A stretch of DNA of 64,000 bases from Auanema rhodensis (Eukaryota; Animalia; Nematoda): positions 3,472,001-3,536,000 of the forward strand of contig OZ059896.1 in NCBI GenBank assembly GCA_964057225.1. The letters run 5' to 3'. This document shows, one piece after another, positions 15,001-26,734 of this stretch; positions within the stretch are counted from its first letter, which is position 1, and every line of letters begins with the position of its first letter. Both the position numbers and the translations under genes were made by a program. The notes below the pieces were generated by a model. That model searched no databases, had not been told where the DNA came from, and was given only the letters and a program-made list of their open reading frames with translations.

Positions 15001-17879
15001 AAGTAGATGTTTTTAGATTCCTTTTTTCAAGGCAAAAACGATGGACAATGTTATTCAACGAAAAAATTAATTCTTCAGGGTGAAAATCGAGGATATAAGT
15101 GTGAACTTATATCAGTTGATATCTCGGTGCATTTTTAAGCTAGCGCAAATCTGATAACACAGATCGACGCAGCTTAAAAATCCGCATCGAATGCATTATA
15201 CTACATGGAGAAACGCTCATCACAAAAATTAGTTATGATCGTTTGAAAAATGATGCATTAGTGTATGTTGAGTTTCCATGTACACTCAACATTGCTTCCA
15301 AAAACATTTTGACAAAATTTTTTCGAAAAATTTCAAAATAATTTCGCAAAAAGTAGATGTTTTTAGATTCCTTTTTTTGAGGCAAAAACGATGGACAATG
15401 TTATTCAACGAAAAAATTAATTCTTCAGGGTGAAAATCGAGGATATAAGTGTGAACTTATATCAGTTAATATCTCGGTGCATTTTTAAGCTAGCGCAAAT
15501 CTGATAACACAGATCGACGCAGCTTAAAAGTCCGCATCGAATGCACTATACTACATGGAGAAACGCTCATCACAAAAATTAGTTATGATCGTTTGAAAAA
15601 TGATGCATTAGTGTATGTTGAGTTTCCATGTACACTCAACATTGCTTCCAAAAACATTTTGACAAAATTTTTTCGAAAAATTTCAAAATAATTTCGCAAA
15701 AAGTAGATGTTTTTAGATTCCTTTTTTTGAGGCAAAAACGATGGACAATGTTATTCAACGAAAAAATTAATTCTTCAGGGTGAAAATCGAGGATATAAGT
15801 GTGAACTTATATCAGTTAATATCTCGGTGCATTTTTAAGCTAGCGCAAATCTGATAACACAGATCGACGCAGCTTAAAAGTCCGCATCGAATGCACTATA
15901 CTACATTAAGAAAAGCTTAATACAAAAATTAGTTACGATCGTTTGAAAAATGATGCATTAGTGTATGTTGAGTTTCCATGTACACTCAAAATTGCTTCCA
16001 AAAACATTTTGACAAAATTTTTTCGAAAAATTTCAAAATAATTTCGCAAAAAGTAGATGTTTTTAGATTCCTTCTTTCAAGGCAAAAACGATGGACAATG
16101 TTATTCAACGAAAAAATTAATTCTTCAGGGTGAAAATCGAGGATATAAGTGTGAACTTATATCAGATGATATCTCGGTGCATTTTTAAGCTAGCGCAAAT
16201 CTGATAACACAGATCGACGCAGCTTAAAAATCCGCATCGAATGCACTATATTACATGGAGAAACGCTCATCACAAAAATTAGTTATGATCGTTTGAAAAA
16301 TGATGCATTAGTGTATGTTGAGTTTCCATGTACACTCAAAATTGCTTCCAAAAACATTTTGACAAAAATTTTTTCGAAAAATTTCAAAATAATTTAGCAA
16401 AAAGTAGATGTTTTTAGATTCCTTTTTTCGAGGCAAAAACGATGGACAATGTTATTCAACGAAAAAATTAATTCTTCAGGGTGAAAATCGAGGATATAAG
16501 TGTGAACTTATATCAGTTGATATCTTGGTGCATTTTTAAGCTAGCGCAAATCTGATAACATAGATCGACGCAGCTTAAAAGTCCGCATCGAAAGCACTAT
16601 ACTACATTAAGAAAAGCTTAATACAAAAATTAGTTATGATCGTTTGAAAAATGATGCATTAGTGTATGTTGAGTTTCCATGTACACTCAACATTGCTTCC
16701 AAAAACATTTTGACAAAAATTTTTTCGAAAAATTTCAAAATAATTTAGCAAAAAGTAGATGTTTTTAGATTCCTTTTTTAAAGGCAAAAACGATGGACAA
16801 TGTTATTCAACGAAAAAATTAATTCTTCAGGGTGAAAATCGAGGATACAAGTGTGAACTTATATCAGATGATATCTAGGTGCATTTTTAAGCTAGCGCAA
16901 ATCTGATAACACAGATCGACGCAGCTTAAAAATCCGCATCGAATGCACTATATTACATTGAGGAAAGCTTAATACAGAAATTAGTTATGATCGTTTGAAA
17001 AATGATGCATTAGTGTATGTTGAGTTTCCATGTACACTCAAAATTGCTTCCAAAAACATTTTGACAAAAATTTTTTCGAAAAATTTCAAAATAATTTAGC
17101 AAAAAGTAGATGTTTTTAGATTCCTTTTTTTAAGGCAAAAACGATGGACAATGTTATTCAACGAAAAAATTAATTCTTCAGGGTGAAAATCGAGGATATA
17201 AGTGTGAACTTATATCAGTTGATATCTCGGTGCATTTTTAAGCTAGCGCAAATCTGATAACACAGATCGACGCAGCTTAAAAATCCGCATCGAATGCACT
17301 ATATTACATTGAGGAAAGCTTAATACAAAAATTAGTTATGATTGTTTGAAAAATGATGCATTAGTGTATGTTGAGTTTCCATGTACACTCAAAATTGCTT
17401 CCAAAAACATTTTGACAAAAATTTTTTCGAAAAATTTCAAAATAATTTAGCAAAAAGTAGATGTTTTTAGATTCCTTCTTTCAAGGCAAAAACGATGGAC
17501 AATGTTATTCAACGAAAAAATTAATTCTTCAGGGTGAAAATCGAGGATATAAGTGTGAACTTATATCAGTTGATATCTCGGTGCATTTTTAAGCTAGCGC
17601 AAATCTGATAACACAGATCGACGCAGATTAAAAATCCGCATCGAATGCATTATACTACATGGAGAAACGCTCATCACAAAAATTAGTTATGATCGTTTGA
17701 AAAATGATGCATTAGTGTATGTTGAGTTTCCATGTACACTCAAAATTGCTTCCAAAAACATTTTGACAAAATTTTTTCGAAAAATTTCAAAATAATTTCG
17801 CAAAAAGTAGATGTTTTTAGATTCCTTTTTTTGAGGCAAAAACGATGGACAATGTTATTCAACGAAAAAATTAATTCTT

Positions 17880-20800
17880 CAGGGTGAAAATCGAGGATAT
17901 AAGTGTGAACTTATATCAGTTGATATCTCGGTGCATTTTCAAGCTAGCGCAAATCTGATAGTACAGATCGACGCAGCTTAAAAATCCGCATCGAATGCAC
18001 TATACTACATTGAGGAACGCTTAATACAAAATTTAGTTATGATCGTTTGAAAAATGATGCATTAGTGTATGTTGAGTTTCCATGTACACTCAACATTGCT
18101 TCCAAAAACATTTTGACAAAAATTTTTTCGAAAAATTTCAAAATAATTTAGCGAAAAGTAGATGTTTTTAGATTCCTTTTTTCAAGGCAAAAACGAAGGA
18201 CAATGTAATTCAACGAAAAAATTAATTCTTCAGGGTGAAAATCGAGGATATAAGTGTGAACTTATATCAGTTCATATCTCGGTGCATTTTCAAGCTAGCG
18301 CAAATCTGATAGTACAGATCGACGCAGCTTACAAATCCGCATCGAATGCACTATACTACATTGAGAAACGCTTAATACAAAAATTAGTTATGATCGTTTG
18401 AAAAATGATGCATTAGTGTATGTTGAGTTTCCATGTACACTCAAAATTGCTTCCAAAAACATTTTGACAAAAATTTTTTCGAAAAATTTCAAAATAATTT
18501 AGCGAAAAGTATATGTTTTCAGATTCCTTTTTTTGAGGCAAAAACGATGGACAATGTTATTCAACGAAAAAATTAATTCTTCAGGGTGAAAATCGAGGAT
18601 ATAAGTGTGAACTTATATCAGTTCATATCTCGGTGCATTTTCAAGCTAGCGCAAATCTGATAGTACAGATCGACGCAGCTTAAAAATCCGCATCGAATGC
18701 ACTATACTACATTGAGAAACGCTTAATACCAAAATTAGTTATGATCGTTTGAAAAATGATGCATTATTGTATGTTGAGTTTCCATGTACACTCAAAATTG
18801 CTTCCAAAAACATTTTGACAAAAATTTTTTCGAAAAATTTCAAAATAATTTAGCGAAAAGTAGATGTTTTTAGATTCCTTTTTTCAAGGCAAAAACGAAG
18901 GACAATGTAATTCAACGAAAAAATTAATTCTTCAGGGTGAAAATCGAGGATATAAGTGTGAACTTATATCAGTTCATATCTCGGTGCATTTTCAAGCTAG
19001 CGCAAATCTGATAGTACAGATCGACGCAGCTTAAAAATCCGCATCGAATGCACTATACTACATTGAGAAACGCTTAATACAAAAATTAGTTATGATCGTT
19101 TGAAAAATGATGCATTAGTGTATGTTGAGTTTCCATGTACACTCAAAATTGCTTCCAAAAACATTTTGACAAAAATTTTTTCGAAAAATTTCAAAATAAT
19201 TTAGCGAAAAGTATATGTTTTCAGATTCCTTTTTTTGAGGCAAAAACGATGGACAATGTTATTGAACGAAAAAATTAATTCTTCAGGGTGAAAATCGAGG
19301 ATATAAGTGTGAACTTATATCAGTTGATATCTCGGTGCCTTTTTAAGCTAGCGGAAATCTGATAACACAGATCGACGCAGCTTAAAAATCCGCATCGAAT
19401 GCACTATACTACATTAAGAAAAGCTTAATACAAAAATTAGTTATGATCGTTTGGAAAATGATGCATTAGTGTATGTTGAGTTTCCATGTACACTCAAAAT
19501 TGCTTCCAAAAACATTTTGACAAAAATTTTTTCGAAAAATTTCAAAATAATTTAGCAAAAAGTAGATGTTTTTAGATTCCTTTTTTCAAGGCAAAAACGA
19601 TGGACAATGTTATTCAACGAAAAAATTAATTCTTCAGGGTGAAAATCGAGGATATAAGTGTGAACTTATATCAGTTGATATCTCGGTGCATTTTCAAGCT
19701 AGCGGAAATCTGATAACACAGATCGACGCAGCTTAAAATTCCGCATCGATTGCATTATACTACAATGAGAAAAGCTTAATAAAAAAATTAGTTATGATCG
19801 TTTGAAAAATGATGCATTAGTGTATGTTGAGTTTCCATGTACACTCAAAATTGCTTCCAAAAACATTTTGACAAAAATTTTTTCGAAAAATTTCAAAATA
19901 ATTTAGCAAAAAGTAGATGTTTTTAGATTCCTTTTTTTAAAGCAAAAACGATGGACAATGTTATTCAACGAAAAAATTAATTCTTCAGGGTGAAAATCGA
20001 GGATATAAGTGTGAACTTATATCAGTTGATATCTCGGTGCATTTTCAAGCTAGCGCAAATCTGATAGTACAGATCGACGCAGCTTAAAAATCCGCATCGA
20101 ATGCACTATACTACATTGAGAAACGCTTAATACAAAATTTAGTTATGATCGTTTGAAAAATGATGCATTAGTGTATGTTGAGTTTCCATGTACACTCAAC
20201 ATTGCTTCCAAAAACATTTTGACAAAAATTTTTTCGAAAAATTTCAAAATAATTTAGCGAAAAGTAGATGTTTTTAGATTCCTTTTTTCAAGGCAAAAAC
20301 GAAGGACAATGTAATTCAACGAAAAAATTAATTCTTCAGGGTGAAAATCGAGGATATAAGTGTGAACTTATATCATTTCATATCTCGGTGCATTTTCAAG
20401 CTAGCGCAAATCTGATAGTACAGATCGACGCAGCTTAAAAATCCGCATCGAATGCACTATACTACATTGAGAAACGCTTAATAAAAAATTAGTTATGATC
20501 GTTTGAAAAATGATGCATTAGTGTATGTTGAGTTTCCATGTACACTCAACATTGCTTCCAAAAACATTTTGACAAAAATTTTTTCGAAAAATTTCAAAAT
20601 AATTTAGCGAAAAGTAGATGTTTTTAGATTCCTTTTTTCAAGGCAAAAACGAAGGACAATGTAATTCAACGAAAAAATTAATTCTTCAGGGTGAAAATCG
20701 AGGATATAAGTGTGAACTTATATCAGTTCATATCTCGGTGCATTTTCAAGCTAGCGCAAATCTGATAGTACAGATCGACGCAGCTTAAAAATCCGCATCG

Positions 20801-23800
20801 AATGCACTATACTACATTGAGAAACGCTTAATAAAAAAATTAGTTATGATCGTTTGAAAAATGATGCATTAGTGTATGTTGAGTTTCCATGTACACTCAA
20901 AATTGCTTCCAAAAACATTTTGACAAAAATTTTTTCGAAAAATTTCAAAATAATTTAGCAAAAAGTAGATGTTTTTAGATTCCTTTTTTCAAAGCAAAAA
21001 CGATGGACAATGTTATTCAACGAAAAAATTAATTCTTCAGGGTGAAAATCGAGGATATAAGTGTGAACTTATATCAGTTGATATCTCGGTGCATTTTCAA
21101 GCTAGCGCAAATCTGATAGTACAGATCGACGCAGCTTAAAAATCCGCATCGAATGCACTATACTACAATGAGAAAAGCTTAATAAAAAAATTAGTTATGA
21201 TCGTTTGAAAAATGATGCATTAGTGTATGTTGAGTTTCCATGTACACTCAAAATTGCTTCCAAAAACATTTTGACAAAAATTTTTTCGAAAAATTTCAAA
21301 ATAATTTAGCAAAAAGTAGATGTTTTTAGATTCCTTTTTTCAAAGCAAAAACGATGGACAATGTTATTCAACGAAAAAATTAATTCTTCAGGGTGAAAAT
21401 CGAGGATATAAGTGTGAACTTATATCAGTTGATATCTCGGTGCATTTTCAAGCTAGCGCAAATCTGATAGTACAGATCGACGCAGCTTAAAAATCCGCAT
21501 CGAATGCACTATACTACATTGAGAAACGCTTAATACAAAATTTAGTTATGATCGTTTGAAAAATGATGCATTAGTGTATGTTGAGTTTCCATGTACACTC
21601 AACATTGCTTCCAAAAACATTTTGACAAAAATTTTTTCGAAAAATTTCAAAATAATTTAGCGAAAAGTAGATGTTTTTAGATTCCTTTTTTCAAGGCAAA
21701 AACGAAGGACAATGTAATTCAACGAAAAAATTAATTCTTCAGGGTGAAAATCGAGGATATAAGTGTGAACTTATATCAGTTCATATCTCGGTGCATTTTC
21801 AAGCTAGCGCAAATCTGATAGTACAGATCGACGCAGCTTAAAAATCCGCATCGAATGCACTATACTACATTGAGAAACGCTTAATAAAAAAATTAGTTAT
21901 GATCGTTTGAAAAATGATGCATTAGTGTATGTTGAGTTTCCATGTACACTCAAAATTGCTTCCAAAAACATTTTGACAAAAATTTTTTCGAAAAATTTCA
22001 AAATAATTTAGCAAAAAGTAGATGTTTTTAGATTCCTTTTTTCAAAGCAAAAACGATGGACAATGTTATTCAACGAAAAAATTAATTCTTCAGGGTGAAA
22101 ATCGAGGATATAAGTGTGAACTTATATCAGTTGATATCTCGGTGCATTTTCAAGCTAGCGCAAATCTGATAGTACAGATCGACGCAGCTTAAAAATCCGC
22201 ATCGAATGCACTATACTACAATGAGAAAAGCTTAATAAAAAAATTAGTTATGATCGTTTGAAAAATGATGCATTAGTGTATGTTGAGTTTCCATGTACAC
22301 TCAAAATTGCTTCCAAAAACATTTTGACAAAAATTTTTTCGAAAAATTTCAAAATAATTTAGCAAAAAGTAGATGTTTTTAGATTCCTTTTTTCAAAGCA
22401 AAAACGATGGACAATGTTATTCAACGAAAAAATTAATTCTTCAGGGTGAAAATCGAGGATATAAGTGTGAACTTATATCAGTTGATATCTCGGTGCATTT
22501 TCAAGCTAGCGCAAATCTGATAGTACAGATCGACGCAGCTTAAAAATCCGCATCGAATGCACTATACTACATTGAGAAACGCTTAATACAAAATTTAGTT
22601 ATGATCGTTTGAAAAATGATGCATTAGTGTATGTTGAGTTTCCATGTACACTCAACATTGCTTCCAAAAACATTTTGACAAAAATTTTTTCGAAAAATTT
22701 CAAAATAATTTAGCGAAAAGTAGATGTTTTTAGATTCCTTTTTTCAAGGCAAAAACGAAGGACAATGTAATTCAACGAAAAAATTAATTCTTCAGGGTGA
22801 AAATCGAGGATATAAGTGTGAACTTATATCAGTTCATATCTCGGTGCATTTTCAAGCTAGCGCAAATCTGATAGTACAGATCGACGCAGCTTAAAAATCC
22901 GCATCGAATGCACTATACTACATTGAGAAACGCTTAATACAAAATTTAGTTATGATCGTTTGAAAAATGATGCATTAGTGTATGTTGAGTTTCCATGTAC
23001 ACTCAAAATTGCTTCCAAAAACATTTTGACAAAAATTTTTTCGAAAAATTTCAAAATAATTTAGCAAAAAGTAGATGTTTTTAGATTCCTTTTTTCAAAG
23101 CAAAAACGATGGACAATGTTATTCAACGAAAAAATTAATTCTTCAGGGTGAAAATCGAGGATATAAGTGTGAACTTATATCAGTTGATATCTCGGTGCAT
23201 TTTCAAGCTAGCGCAAATCTGATAGTACAGATCGACGCAGCTTAAAAATCCGCATCGAATGCACTATACTACATTGAGAAACGCTTAATACAAAATTTAG
23301 TTATGATCGTTTGAAAAATGATGCATTAGTGTATGTTGAGTTTCCATGTACACTCAACATTGCTTCCAAAAACATTTTGACAAAAATTTTTTCGAAAAAT
23401 TTCAAAATAATTTAGCGAAAAGTAGATGTTTTTAGATTCCTTTTTTCAAGGCAAAAACGAAGGACAATGTAATTCAACGAAAAAATTAATTCTTCAGGGT
23501 GAAAATCGAGGATATAAGTGTGAACTTATATCAGTTCATATCTCGGTGCATTTTCAAGCTAGCGCAAATCTGATAGTACAGATCGACGCAGCTTAAAAAT
23601 CCGCATCGAATGCACTATACTACATTGAGAAACGCTTAATAAAAAAAATTAGTTATGATCGTTTGAAAAATGATGCATTAGTGTATGTTGAGTTTCCATG
23701 TACACTCAACATTGCTTCCAAAAACATTTTGACAAAAATTTTTTCGAAAAATTTCAAAATAATTTAGCGAAAAGTAGATGTTTTTAGATTCCTTTTTTCA

Positions 23801-25676
23801 AGGCAAAAACGAAGGACAATGTAATTCAACGAAAAAATTAATTCTTCAGGGTGAAAATCGAGGATATAAGTGTGAACTTATATCAGTTCATATCTCGGTG
23901 CATTTTCAAGCTAGCGCAAATCTGATAGTACAGATCGACGCAGCTTAAAAATCCGCATCGAATGCACTATACTACATTGAGAAACGCTTAATAAAAAAAT
24001 TAGTTATGATCGTTTGAAAAATGATGCATTAGTGTATGTTGAGTTTCCATGTACACTCAAAATTGCTTCCAAAAACATTTTGACAAAAATTTTTTCGAAA
24101 AATTTCAAAATAATTTAGCAAAAAGTAGATGTTTTTAGATTCCTTTTTTCAAAGCAAAAACGATGGACAATGTTATTCAACGAAAAAATTAATTCTTCAG
24201 GGTGAAAATCGAGGATATAAGTGTGAACTTATATCAGTTGATATCTCGGTGCATTTTCAAGCTAGCGCAAATCTGATAGTACAGATCGACGCAGCTTAAA
24301 AATCCGCATCGAATGCACTATACTACATTGAGAAACGCTTAATACAAAAATTAGTTATGATCGTTTGAAAAATGATGCATTAGTGTATGTTGAGTTTCCA
24401 TGTACACTCAACATTGCTTCCAAAAACATTTTGACAAAAATTTTTTCGAAAATTTCAAAATAATTTAGCGAAAAGTAGATGTTTTTAGATTCCTTTTTTC
24501 GAGGCAAAAACGATGGACAATGTTATTCAACGAAAAAATTAATTCTTCAGGGTGAACATCGAAAATATAAGTGTGAACTTGTATCAGTTGATATCTCGGT
24601 TCATTTTCAAGCTAGCGCAAATCTGATAACACAGATCGACGCAGCTTAAAAATCCGCATTGAATGCACTATACTACATTGAGAAACGCTTAATACAAAAA
24701 TTAGTTATGATCGTTTGGAAAATGATGCATTAGTGTATGTTGAGTTTCCATGTACACTCAAAATTGCTTCCAAAAACATTTTGACAAAAATTTTTTCGAA
24801 AAATTTCAAAATAATTTAGCAAAAAGTAGATGTTTTTAGATTCCTTTTTTCAAAGCAAAAACGATGGACAATGTTATTCAACGAAAAAATTAATTCTTCA
24901 GGGTGAAAATCGAGGATATAAGTGTGAACTTATATCAGTTGATATCTCGGTGCATTTTCAAGCTAGCGGAAATCTGATAACACAGATCGACGCAGCTTAA
25001 AATTCCGCATCGATTGCATTATACTACAATGAGAAAAGCTTAATAAAAAAATTAGTTATGATCGTTTGAAAAATGATGCATTAGTGTATGTTGAGTTTCC
25101 ATGTACACTCAAAATTGCTTCCAAAAACATTTTGACAAAAATTTTTTCGAAAAATTTCAAAATAATTTAGCAAAAAGTAGATGTTTTTAGATTCCTTTTT
25201 TCAAGGCAAAAACGATGGACAATGTTATTCAACGAAAAAATTAATTCTTCAGGGTGAAAATCGAGGATATAAGTGTGAACTTATATCAGTTGATATCTCG
25301 GTGCATTTTCAAGCTAGCGGAAATCTGATAACACAGATCGACGCAGCTTAAAATTCCGCATCGATTGCATTATACTACAATGAGAAAAGCTTAATAAAAA
25401 AATTAGTTATGATCGTTTGAAAAATGATGCATTAGTGTATGTTGAGTTTCCATGTACACTCAAAATTGCTTCCAAAAACATTTTGACAAAATTTTTTTCG
25501 AAAAATTTCAAAATAATTTAGCAAAAAGTAGATGTTTTTAGATTCCTTTTTTCAAAGCAAAAACGATGGACAATGTTATTCAACGAAAAAATTAATTCTT
25601 CAGGGTGAAAATCGAGGATATAAGTGTGAACTTATATCAGTTGATATCTCGGTGCATTTTTCAGCTAGCGCAAATC
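17880..25676. repeat. Satellite A subfamily A2 (junction-proximal)
   Basis: From the monomer at 17880, almost all copies have ttttcaagct and most have atagtacag. New variants appear (gaaggacaatgtaattc, ttcatatctc, tagcgaaaag), and the beta signature atggagaaacgctcatcac is not seen again. Confidence 0.9.
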
Positions 25677-25700
25677 GGTCAAAGTCATGGTTACCATGCA
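25660..25700. other. Direct junction between satellite A and satellite B
   Basis: The sequence reads ...gctagcgcaaatc|g|gtcaaagtcatgg... A ends at 25676 and B starts at 25678/25679, with no spacer or transposon. Confidence 0.97.
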
Positions 25701-25777
25701 CCAATATCAATAAAAATTTGTTTTTAGACTAATATGGACATGGTGAATCTAATTTTGAAAACCGCATCTCTTTATCT

Positions 25778-25875
25778 TTCACGTGAAGCGAGTTACATAC
25801 CAAGTGCACATCACGTGTACATTTAATTAGCATAAATTAAAGTTCACGTAAATTTCAAAGTCATGGTTACCATGA
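25778..25875. other. Palindrome and E-box cluster in satellite B (example copy)
   Basis: ttcacgtgaa perfect 10-bp palindrome (25778-25787); atcacgtg (25810-25817); 37-nt imperfect hairpin acgtgtacatttaatt-agcata-aattaaagttcacgt (25813-25849); tcatggt-t-accatga dyad (25861-25875). Confidence 0.85.
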
Positions 25876-26734
25876 ACCAATATCAATAAAAATTTGTTTT
25901 TAGACTAATATGGACATGGGGAATCTAATTTTGAAAACCGCATCTCTTTATCTTTCACGTGAAGCGAGTTACATTCCAGGTGCACATCACGTGTACATTT
26001 AATTAGCATAAATTAAAGTTCACGTAAATTTCAAAGTCATGGTTACCATGAACCAATATCAATAAAAATTTGTTTTTAGACTAATATGGACTTGGGGAAT
26101 CTAATTTTGAAAACCGCATCTCTTTATCTTTCACGTGAAGCTAGTTACATACCAAGTGCACATCACGTGTACATTTAATTAGCATAAATTAAAGTTCACG
26201 TAAATTTCAAAGTCATGGTTACCATGAACCAATATCAATAAAAATTTGTTTTTAGACTAATATGGACATGGGGAATCTAATTTTGAAATTCGCATTTCTT
26301 TATATTTCACGTGAAGCGAGTTACATACCAAGTGCACATCACGTGTACATTTAATTAGCATAAATTAAAGTTCACGTAAATTTCAAAGTCATGGTTACCA
26401 TGCACCAATATCAATAAAAATTTGTTTTTAGACTAAAATGGACATGGTGAATCTAATTTTGAAAACCGCATCTCTTTATCTTTCACGTGAAGCGAGTTAC
26501 ATACCAAGTGCACATCACGTGTACATTTAATTAGCATAAATTAAAGTTCACGTAAATTTCAAAGTCATGGTTACCATGAACCAATATCAATAAAAATTTG
26601 TTTTTAGACTAATATGGACATGGGGAATCTAATTTTGAAAACCGCATCTCTTTATCTTTCACGTGAAGCGAGTTACATACCAAGTGCACATCACGTGTAC
26701 ATTTAATTAGCATAAATTAAAGTTCACGTAAATT

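Larger units (their letters stand above)
1..17879. repeat. Satellite A subfamily A1 (mosaic of two monomer types: 351-bp alpha and 350-bp beta)
   Basis: All copies have tttttaagct (one ttttttagct) and ataaca(c/t)ag. Alpha type: cactatattacattgaggaaagcttaatac...gacaaaaa...ttagc...caaggc. Beta type: cattatactacatggagaaacgctcatcac...gacaaaa...ttcgc...tgaggc. Recombinant copies are also present. Confidence 0.9.
1..25676. repeat. Satellite A: tandem array of 350/351-bp monomers (73 full copies plus 76-bp partial; open at the left window edge)
   Basis: The anchor cagggtgaaaatcgagg (or the cagggag variant) recurs at 1, 352, 702, 1053, 1404 ... 25601, a mean period of 350.7 bp. All copies are in the same orientation, differ by a few substitutions or 1-bp A-tract indels, and contain no intervening unique DNA. 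Confidence 0.99.

Noticed and set aside
18162-25732. 79-aa and 66-aa plus-strand ORFs (18162, 25532), the latter crossing the A/B junction
   Set aside because: These are chance read-throughs from single substitutions (ttaaaa>ttacaa; ttttaag>ttttcag plus the fusion). There is no gene context or recognisable homology.
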